Positions 7,338 through 14,698 of a stretch of DNA of 25,683 nt are shown in pieces (the first letter of the stretch is position 1; each line of letters opens with the position of its first letter). Where the stretch lies: positions 1-25,683 of the forward strand of contig JBBISH010000094.1 of the NCBI GenBank assembly GCA_037441385.1, written 5' to 3'. The notes under the pieces are model-generated. The model had not been told where the DNA came from and searched no databases. It saw only the letters and a program-made list of their open reading frames with translations. The stretch is from Myxococcales bacterium. Lineage in GTDB: Bacteria > Myxococcota_A > UBA9042. A program made the translations under genes and the position numbers.

Positions 7338-7859
7338 ATGAGCGAAACCGACCGCGACTTGCAAGGTCTTTTTGATCAAACCGGCGCCGAGCCCGACCTG
7401 GAAGCGTGGACGCGTCTGAGCGACGACGACCCCAGCGCCGAGGCGGCCCTGGCCGCGCAATTCGACGCGACGGCGGCCCCGCTGGACGAACTGACCCAAC
7501 GCCGCTTGCTGGCGCCGTATTTGGCCAACAAGAACACCCAAGTGCACCGCCTGGGCGGCTGGCTGGGTCTGGCGGCCGCCGCCGCGCTGACGGTGTGGCT
7601 GGTCCGACCGACACCACAACCCGTGGACATGGCAAAGGATCTGGCCCCGGTCGCCGCGGCGGTGCAGGTCGAGCCAGCCACTGTGACGGCCGACCCAGAG
7701 GCGCTGGTCGAATTCGGGCCTGAGTTGGAGCAAGGCGAGGTGCAAGTCGCCGACAATACCGGCGATCCGGCCGAGTACTTTGCGCCGGAAAACGACCTGG
7801 ATCAGGGGCTGGACGCGCTGCACGGCCTGGAAGGCGCGCCCCCGCTGGCGATGCCGTAG
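7338..7859 (+). CDS. Putative single-pass anti-sigma factor
   Basis: ATG 1 nt after the sigma-factor stop. Acidic cytoplasmic N-terminus, one TM (LGGWLGLAAAAALTVWLV), acidic exported C-terminus. Function inferred from position. Confidence 0.65.
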   Translation: MSETDRDLQGLFDQTGAEPDLEAWTRLSDDDPSAEAALAAQFDATAAPLDELTQRRLLAPYLANKNTQVHRLGGWLGLAAAAALTVWLVRPTPQPVDMAKDLAPVAAAVQVEPATVTADPEALVEFGPELEQGEVQVADNTGDPAEYFAPENDLDQGLDALHGLEGAPPLAMP

Positions 7860-7868
7860 GGCGCGACG

Positions 7869-8603
7869 CTACCGCCCCGGATGCGACCGGATGAACGGAC
7901 CGCTAGGCCGCGGCCGCGGCTTGGGACGGTAGGCCGGGTGGGCGACCGGCTTGGGCTCGGGTTCCGCAGCCGTTTCGGGCACATCGCCGCCGTCTTCCGT
8001 GTCCGCGACGTGCAGCGAAGCAAACTGCAGACGCGCGACAAAGGCGCTCAGCTCCAACTCGCCATGGGCCAAAGCCAAGATATCACTGCGGTCCGCGGTA
8101 ACGCGGAGCATCGGCAGGCCGCCCGTCGTCGTCACCACATGCACCGCCTGCTCGGTCAGCGGCCCCAGCGCGCCAAAGCACTGCGCCCACTGCAGCAGCA
8201 GCTGGTCGTCAAAGTCCGTGGCCGCGCTTGCCTCCAAAACCACCACCAAGTCGGGCCCTTCTTGGCTCACAGCCGCGTCGGGCACGTTCAAGCCGGTCGC
8301 CCGCAGCGAGGCCCGCGCCCGATCCAGCAGTGGCGGCAGGGGCTTGGGCTCAGCCACCGGCGGCGGCGGTGCCGGGGCCGTGGCTGTGGCAGGAGCCGGG
8401 GCCGGTGCCGGAGTTGGTGCCGGAGCCGGGGCTGGTGCCTGAACCGGAACCGGAACCGGAGCTGGAGCCGGTGCGGGCGCGGGCGCGGGCGGCGGCTCGG
8501 CCGGCGCCGTCAAGTTGTGAATTTCCTGACGAACGCGCTCGCAACCCATGGCCGACAGCGCGACAACCGCGTACAACAACAGCCGCCTATGCGATCGAAG
8601 CAT
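7869..8603 (-). CDS. Hypothetical lipoprotein with Pro/Ala-rich linker
   Basis: ATG 8603 with GGAGA RBS, 2 nt after the upstream stop. LLLYAVVALSAMG-C lipobox, (PA)n/(PV)n stalk, ~110-aa alpha/beta domain, basic Pro-rich tail. Confidence 0.8.
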   Translation of the reverse strand: MLRSHRRLLLYAVVALSAMGCERVRQEIHNLTAPAEPPPAPAPAPAPAPVPVPVQAPAPAPAPTPAPAPAPATATAPAPPPPVAEPKPLPPLLDRARASLRATGLNVPDAAVSQEGPDLVVVLEASAATDFDDQLLLQWAQCFGALGPLTEQAVHVVTTTGGLPMLRVTADRSDILALAHGELELSAFVARLQFASLHVADTEDGGDVPETAAEPEPKPVAHPAYRPKPRPRPSGPFIRSHPGR

Positions 8604-8605
8604 GG

Positions 8606-9847
8606 TCAATCTCCAAAGCAGCAGTCGCTGGCGGGGTCGGCGTAGCAGCAGTCCCAGCGGGTGCCGGTCTCGGCGCGGGTGGTGGCGACTTTGATGACCG
8701 TGCCAAAGGTCTTGTCCACCACCTCGCCGCCGGCCCAGCCGACCACCGGCACCTTGTCGACCACGACCTTGATCGTCTTGCCCAACACCGCGGTTCCTTT
8801 AAGGATGTTGCCGCGATTCTCGTTGTACTTGCCGGCTTTGACGTCGGCGTCGACCTTGGCCATGCTGTCGCGCACCTCGCGCAGGTCGCTAATCAACTCC
8901 TTGACCTTGTTCAGCTTGTCCAGGGTCTCAAAGGTCTTGGTCGCCGCGCCCGGCCCTTCGCCACTTGCGCCCTTCTGCGCCTGATCGATGAGCTTGGCGG
9001 CCAATTCCAGTGCATTCTTCAGGGCTTCATTGACGCCCTTGGCAGCCGACTCGTCCAGGCCTTGCACGAATTCCTGGTTCTTGGTCACCGCCGCCAGGGT
9101 CTGGTCCAGCTTTTGCTGGTCGGCCTGCTTCTTGGCCCCCAGCTTGTCGATCTCGGTCTGCGGCATCGGTGCGTGGCCCTTGGTCCGCGGCGGCAGGCCG
9201 CCAGGCGGCGGCGCGGTCGGCGGGCTCGGCGGGGGCGCGGTCGCAGCCGGTGGTGGCGCGGGCGGTGGCACGGAAGTCGGGACCGCGCCTGCAGATCCCG
9301 TCGCTTCCCAGTGGAACGAGCCGCCCTTGGAGTACGTCGCCGTGCCCTGGGCGCTGCCACCAGAGACCGTACCGACCAACATCAGCGCGTCGGTGGCATC
9401 GGCCTGGATCGGCTGCACGTGCTCTTGCTTCGCCCCCTCGGCGGCGATGTGGACGGTGGTGGTTCCCCTAGTCTGGACCCGCAGTTTCGCGTTGCCGGCC
9501 AGCTTGCCGGTGACGCGGTCGTAGCTTCCCGAACACGTGCCGGCGGCCATGCTGACGTTGCCGTCGATGCGGGTCGAGGTCGGCCCAATCTTTTGCTGGC
9601 CTTTGAGCTGCCCTTGGCCGGTCAAAAAGCAGGTAAAGGTGCCCGCCGCAGGCAAAATGCGGAGTTTCAGGGTGCCCTGCACCACCGCGCCAAAGGCCCC
9701 GCGCTGCTGGGTCCAGGTAAACGGGCCCTGCAACGCCACGGGTTCGTCGCTGGCCGGGGCCGCGCTGGGCAAGAACGGCAGCGCCAGCGCCACCGTCGCC
9801 CCTACCGCCACTGTGGCCATGCTGGCCGCGCCCAATGCGTACTTCAT
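8606..9847 (-). CDS. Hypothetical exported protein (beta-rich N-domain, Pro linker, helical C-domain)
   Basis: ATG 9847 with GGAG RBS, hydrophobic signal region, strong GC3 codon bias. Ends in WDCCYADPASDCCFGD. Confidence 0.8.
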   Translation of the reverse strand: MKYALGAASMATVAVGATVALALPFLPSAAPASDEPVALQGPFTWTQQRGAFGAVVQGTLKLRILPAAGTFTCFLTGQGQLKGQQKIGPTSTRIDGNVSMAAGTCSGSYDRVTGKLAGNAKLRVQTRGTTTVHIAAEGAKQEHVQPIQADATDALMLVGTVSGGSAQGTATYSKGGSFHWEATGSAGAVPTSVPPPAPPPAATAPPPSPPTAPPPGGLPPRTKGHAPMPQTEIDKLGAKKQADQQKLDQTLAAVTKNQEFVQGLDESAAKGVNEALKNALELAAKLIDQAQKGASGEGPGAATKTFETLDKLNKVKELISDLREVRDSMAKVDADVKAGKYNENRGNILKGTAVLGKTIKVVVDKVPVVGWAGGEVVDKTFGTVIKVATTRAETGTRWDCCYADPASDCCFGD

Positions 9848-9970
9848 GCTCGTCTCCGCTCGCCCGCCGCCATCACACTGGTCGCCTGGCCTTGGGAATT
9901 CAAGGTGCTGGCACGGACAAGGCCACGGGATTTGACGGTTCTGTGACAGGGCAGGCACACTGACAAGCCC

Positions 9971-11431
9971 ATGGCGGGCCTCCTCCACTCCTCCAATCGC
10001 ATGGTCTGGTTGCCGCTGGCGCTGGCCGCGTGCCTGGGCGCGTGTGCGTCGCTGGCGGGCCGGCAGCAGGTGGTGGCGATCGACTCGCCTGTACGCGGCG
10101 TAGCGGTTCTGGACGAGCAGGGACGCGCGCTGGGTACCACTCCAGTGTTTGTGCAGGTGCCGCGCCAACGCCACTTGGTTCTGCGGAGCGCGTCAGCAGC
10201 CAGCGTGCAGTCGATCCAGTGCGATTATCGGCCATTGTCTTCGATGCTGCCCAACGCCATCCTGGCGTCGATGATCACCCAGGTCGGGATGCTGCCGGTC
10301 GCGGCGCTGTTTGCAGTGGGCAACGGTACCGATCTGTGGACGGGTGCGGCCTTTGACTGCCCCGATGTGGTACTGCTGCCCGGTGACAACACGCCCACCG
10401 CCCCAGGCGAGGCGGCCAAGTGCCGCACGATCCTCGTCGCGCCGGCCCAGCACGACGATCCGCAAGTCGCCCGCGACCTGACCGACCGCTGGTGGCAGCA
10501 GCATGTTCGCGAATTTCCTTGCGATCGCCGCGTGGACGCCGACCTGGCCGAGTCGCTGCTGCGCCGCCAAGGCCTGGGCCACGACCGCCAGCTGGACCCG
10601 AGTAAGCAGCCGCGCCAGCTACTCAATCGCCTGGGGCTGCGCAGCGGGGCCAGTCACGTCGCGATTCTGCCCACCAAGATCCAGGACGACGCCGTGTTGG
10701 TCACGCCCACGGTGTGGGACCTGTTCACGCTGCAAAAAGAGGCGGGCGAGCCGCTGGCAGTCGACCTGCAGCTCCGCCGTAAACCGATGTGGCAGCGGGC
10801 ACTTGCCTGGGCTGGCCAGCACATCGACATCCTGCCCGACAGCGTGGGCTACGCCCCAACCGGCAAGGCGTTCGCCATGGTGGGGACCGGGGGCCAACAG
10901 GTGACGAGCGTTGAGCTGGCGCCGTCGACCCTGCCCGCAGTGCTGGGCAATTGGTCGCTGTTGTCGGTGGAGCACCCAGGCGCGTTTCGGCCGTGGGACC
11001 TGAGCTGGAGCCTGGGCCCGCGCGTCTTGTTCGGCTACGGCGCAGCAGTGGTGCATCTACGCGACTCAACAACGGTTTCGCAGCGCGAGGCCACACTGCT
11101 GAACCTGGGTGGCTTGTTCGGCGTGACGGGCACGGCCCATACGCCGCTGGGCGCACTTTCGCTCTATGTTGGGCTGGGTTGGGCGCCGACTTGGCATTGG
11201 GATCAGGGGCGCTACGTGGGTTTTCGCGGCCCGACGGTCGCCTCGGGCGGCCTGGCCTGGACCGCGTTTGTGACCGAGAACGCCTTTGTTCGGGCAGAGA
11301 TGTCGTCTTTCGAGACCGATCAGGCCACCGCGCTCGGCCCGGGCTACGGCCTGTGGCGCTGGACCACGGTCAGCATGACCGCGGGCTGGTACATGCCCGA
11401 GTGGCGGTCGTGGCTGCGGGGGTTGTGGTAG
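9971..11431 (+). CDS. PEGA-like domain lipoprotein with probable C-terminal outer-membrane beta-barrel
   Basis: LALAACLGA-C lipobox, PEGA-like VAIDS..RG.AV.D..G..LGTTP. C-terminal alternating Gly/aromatic strands ending VSMTAGWY. Start 9971 or 10001. Confidence 0.75.
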   Translation: MAGLLHSSNRMVWLPLALAACLGACASLAGRQQVVAIDSPVRGVAVLDEQGRALGTTPVFVQVPRQRHLVLRSASAASVQSIQCDYRPLSSMLPNAILASMITQVGMLPVAALFAVGNGTDLWTGAAFDCPDVVLLPGDNTPTAPGEAAKCRTILVAPAQHDDPQVARDLTDRWWQQHVREFPCDRRVDADLAESLLRRQGLGHDRQLDPSKQPRQLLNRLGLRSGASHVAILPTKIQDDAVLVTPTVWDLFTLQKEAGEPLAVDLQLRRKPMWQRALAWAGQHIDILPDSVGYAPTGKAFAMVGTGGQQVTSVELAPSTLPAVLGNWSLLSVEHPGAFRPWDLSWSLGPRVLFGYGAAVVHLRDSTTVSQREATLLNLGGLFGVTGTAHTPLGALSLYVGLGWAPTWHWDQGRYVGFRGPTVASGGLAWTAFVTENAFVRAEMSSFETDQATALGPGYGLWRWTTVSMTAGWYMPEWRSWLRGLW

Positions 11432-11448
11432 GGGCTTGGCAGGAAAGT

Positions 11449-12051
11449 CTAGGTCGCAGGCCGACTTTCCAGCCCAGCCTGCTCGGCGCGGGCCGCGATT
11501 TGGCGCAGCACTTCCATGTCCAGCGGCTGCGTGGGGCGCTCGGCGTCGACCTGGGCCACCGGCGGCGTCGGCCGGCGCTGGATGCGGAACAGGCCGCTTT
11601 GGGCCTCTTGCAGCTGCTGACGCAATTCCGTGATTTCGCAGCGCAGGCGCAGCACTTCGTCGCGCTCTTGGTCCAAGGCATCGCGCAAAAGCGCCACGGT
11701 GGCTTGCTGATCGTCGGCAAAGCGCTGGGCTTGCCGCCGCTGATCGGCCTCGCCCTGCAGCAGATCCACCACCACCGACATCGGCACCAGGTGATCCCCT
11801 ACCGGCAAACCGGCGCCCCGGTGGCCGCGGGATTCGCCGAGAGCCGCCAACGCCGCACTCGCGGGCAACGTCCCCGTCGCCGCCGGGCGCCGCTGTCGCA
11901 AGAGCTCGATGGCTTCGGGCATCAGGCGCCAGGTGTCGCCGTTTTTGCCCTCGGTCCGCACCACGCCGGGCAGATCGCCATCGCTGATCAGGCGGCGGAT
12001 CACCCGCGGCGGCATGTCGAGCAGGTCGGCAGCTTGTCGAATCGAGTACAT
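11449..12051 (-). CDS. Helix-turn-helix (MerR/excisionase-like, HTH_17) DNA-binding protein with C-terminal coiled coil
   Basis: MYSIRQAADLLDMPPRVIRRLISDGDLPG...TWRL. Heptad region LRDALDQERDEVLRLRCEITELRQQLQEA. GAGG RBS. Confidence 0.82.
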   Translation of the reverse strand: MYSIRQAADLLDMPPRVIRRLISDGDLPGVVRTEGKNGDTWRLMPEAIELLRQRRPAATGTLPASAALAALGESRGHRGAGLPVGDHLVPMSVVVDLLQGEADQRRQAQRFADDQQATVALLRDALDQERDEVLRLRCEITELRQQLQEAQSGLFRIQRRPTPPVAQVDAERPTQPLDMEVLRQIAARAEQAGLESRPAT

Positions 12052-12078
12052 ACGGAACCTCGCCCCAAGTTCACGGCC

Positions 12079-12106
12079 ATGGTCGCCCGGCGCAATCGCC
12101 TGTCAA
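12079..12106 (-). promoter_or_regulatory. Possible sigma70-type promoter for the HTH gene
   Basis: Minus strand perfect TTGACA, 16 nt spacer, weak -10 GACCAT. Confidence 0.3.
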
Positions 12107-12250
12107 CTTTTCGCGCACTTGGCCGTTGCGCATCGCGTTTTTCGCACGGCACGGGTCTCGTGGGGATCGGAAGCTGACTGGGTTGCCAGACCCGCTGGCG
12201 CTATCCTGCGTCCCAGACCATGGGGCAGCGGGCTGCCCAGGCGAGGCGCG

Positions 12251-13705
12251 ATGCGGACACCACGCAACCTGGCAGTTCTCTTGAGTCTTGTCGTTGTGGT
12301 TTGGACTAGCGCAAGCGCCAGTGCGGCCCTGCCCGATCGCGGCATCTTTGCGGACTTGGACCCCAAGGTGCAGACCCAGGCGCCGGCATGGGTGCCGCTG
12401 CAGCGCTGCCGCGACGGGCGCGCGGGACGGATCTGGCTGACTGCCCTGGGCTCGGCCGTGGCGCTCGCTGCCGGTGACGGAGCCGCGCCGCCCTGCCCAA
12501 ACGCGCAAGACAGCGACGGCGATGGCCTGCCCGACCCCTTCGACATCCTACTGGGGGGCAAAAAGGTCGCGCTGGACGCCGCGCCCTACGGCAGCCCGTA
12601 CCGCACCATTCCGTATCCGGGCGGCGACGTGCCGCGCGGCGAAGGGGTCTGCACCGACGTGGTGATTCGGGCCTTGCGCAATGCGGGCCTGGACTTGCAG
12701 CAGCTGCTGCACGACGACATCGCCCGCGCGCCGGCCGCCTACCCCATGGTGAGCAAGGCCAATGCGAACATCGACCACCGGCGGGTCAAGACGTTACTTC
12801 CGTATTTCCTTCGGCATTGGCAAGTCCAGAGCACCGACCCGCGCCGACTGGCCGACTGGCTGCCGGGCGACGTGGTCTTTATGGATACACTGACCAAGCC
12901 GGGGCCGGATCACATCGGCATTGTCTCGGATCGCCTGGGAGCATCGGGACTTCCGCTCGTCATCAACAGCTGGACCGACGGCTACAACACCGCCGAGATG
13001 GACCTGCTGGGGTCGGTGCCCGTGACGCATCGCTTCCGGGCGCCGCAGCGGCGCGACGAGGTGGTGGCTGCGGCACAGGCCGCCGTGAATTTCGTTGTGC
13101 CCGAGCGGACTCAACAGTTGGTAGTGGTGCGGACCAGCGGACCGGCGGCCGATCGCGGCGAGCTGACGCGCTGGCAACGCAAGTCGGGAGGATGGCAACC
13201 CATCGGCGCTGCGATTCCGGTCGATGTCGGCCGGGCCGGGCTGGCTTGGGGACGCGGCCTTGCCGCCGATCGAACGCCCGCCAAACGCGAAGGCGACGGC
13301 AAGTCGCCCATGGGGGCGTTCGCCCTGGGGACCGCCTTTGGCACCGGCCCCGCCCCGCGCGGCAGTCACTGGCCCTGGCGGCGAACCACCGCCGATGACC
13401 GCTGGATCGACGACGCGGCCTCGCCGCTCTACAACACCTGGGCCAATGCCGCACAAGCACAAGGTCTTTCGTCCGAGACGCTGCGCCGACCCGATGGCTT
13501 GTACGACCTAGCGCTGGTGCTGCTGCACAACACCGCCGAGCACCCGGGCGGTATCGTGCGCGGCGCGGGCAGCGCCATCTTTGCCCACATCAGTAGCGGC
13601 GCGCCGACCTCGGGGTGCACTTCGATGAGCAAGGCCGCGCTGGGCGAGCTGTTGACCTGGCTGCAGCCGAGCGCAGAACCGGTTTGGATTCAGGCGGTTT
13701 TCTAA
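12251..13705 (+). CDS. Exported DUF1287 (YijF-like) domain + L,D-transpeptidase (YkuD-like) fusion protein
   Basis: ATG 12251 with GAGG RBS and signal peptide. DUF1287 motifs YPGGDVP..GVCTDVVIRA, NIDHRRV, PGDVVF, HIGIVSD. C-terminal VGRAGLAWGRG, KREGDGKSP, GSAIFAH...PTSGC. Confidence 0.88.
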   Translation: MRTPRNLAVLLSLVVVVWTSASASAALPDRGIFADLDPKVQTQAPAWVPLQRCRDGRAGRIWLTALGSAVALAAGDGAAPPCPNAQDSDGDGLPDPFDILLGGKKVALDAAPYGSPYRTIPYPGGDVPRGEGVCTDVVIRALRNAGLDLQQLLHDDIARAPAAYPMVSKANANIDHRRVKTLLPYFLRHWQVQSTDPRRLADWLPGDVVFMDTLTKPGPDHIGIVSDRLGASGLPLVINSWTDGYNTAEMDLLGSVPVTHRFRAPQRRDEVVAAAQAAVNFVVPERTQQLVVVRTSGPAADRGELTRWQRKSGGWQPIGAAIPVDVGRAGLAWGRGLAADRTPAKREGDGKSPMGAFALGTAFGTGPAPRGSHWPWRRTTADDRWIDDAASPLYNTWANAAQAQGLSSETLRRPDGLYDLALVLLHNTAEHPGGIVRGAGSAIFAHISSGAPTSGCTSMSKAALGELLTWLQPSAEPVWIQAVF

Positions 13706-13741
13706 CCGATCCACGACCAGCCGCGCCCGCCCAACTCCGCG

Positions 13742-14545
13742 TCACTTCGCCTTGGTGACCTTGTAGCTGGCCGACAAAATGGTCACCAAGCCCGGCTTGC
13801 CCTCGGCCAGCGTCCCCTCGGCCTCGATGGCCTTGAGCACATCAAAGCCGCTGACCAGCTTGCCAAAAACGCTGTACTTGCCGTCGAGCGATGGCTGCGC
13901 GGCAAAGGTGATGAAGAACTGGCTGCCCTCCGTAAAGGCGCCCGCGTTGGCCATGCTGAGGACGCCGGCCGCGTCGTGTTTGACGGCGGGATCGGTCTCC
14001 AGCGCGTACTTGTAGCCGGGACCGCCGGTGCCTGTGCCCAGCGGATCGCCGCCCTGGGCCATGAACTCCTTGATGATGCGGTGGAAAATCAGGGTGTCGT
14101 AGAAGCCGAGCATGGTCAGATACAGCGTGCTGGTCACATGCATCGGCGCGACATCGGGGCGCAGCTCCAGCTCCAGGTCGCCTTTGCTGGTGTGCAGCTG
14201 CCAGGTGTAGGTCATGCCGGGCGTGAACGCCACCTTGGTGGGTTTCTTCAGCTTGGTTCGCCACTTGGCTACGCTCTTGTCCACGGCCAAGGCGTCGATC
14301 TGGGCCTGGATGGCGGCGATGGCCGGATCTGGCTCGGTCGCAGCGCTGACATCCGCAGGCGCGGCCACGTCTTGCGCGGTGGCGTCGGCCTGACTGTCTG
14401 CGATCGCGTCGGTGGAACTGGCCGTGTCGGTGGCGGTGACGCTGGCGCCGGTCGAAGGCGCGGACGCCATGGTGCCGCAAGCGGCGAGCAGCAGACTGGC
14501 GGCCAGCAGAGCGGGATAGGGCAAACGGGGCAAGAACATGGCCAT
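13742..14545 (-). CDS. Cyclophilin-type peptidyl-prolyl cis-trans isomerase, lipoprotein
   Basis: FYDTLIFHRIIKEFMAQGGDPLGTGTGGPGY, GVLSMANAG, GSQFFIT, LDGKYSVFG. LLLAA-C lipobox. Start 14545 or 14539. Confidence 0.95.
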   Translation of the reverse strand: MAMFLPRLPYPALLAASLLLAACGTMASAPSTGASVTATDTASSTDAIADSQADATAQDVAAPADVSAATEPDPAIAAIQAQIDALAVDKSVAKWRTKLKKPTKVAFTPGMTYTWQLHTSKGDLELELRPDVAPMHVTSTLYLTMLGFYDTLIFHRIIKEFMAQGGDPLGTGTGGPGYKYALETDPAVKHDAAGVLSMANAGAFTEGSQFFITFAAQPSLDGKYSVFGKLVSGFDVLKAIEAEGTLAEGKPGLVTILSASYKVTKAK

Positions 14546-14698
14546 CCTGGCCGCCCAACGGGTGCGGCTGCGGCAGGCTACGGCGCGGCGCGGTAGGCGT
14601 CAAACCGACAGCCGTTGTCGCATACAGACAGGGCCGCCGTTCTCGCCCAAGCTGAGTTCGGCTACACTCAGTGACCAGCCCAACTGCCAGGTCGTGCC

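Noticed and set aside
8390..8490. Hexamer-like repeats (GAACCG, GCCGGT, GCGGGC)
   Set aside because: They encode the Pro-Ala/Pro-Val linker of the lipoprotein and are not an independent element.
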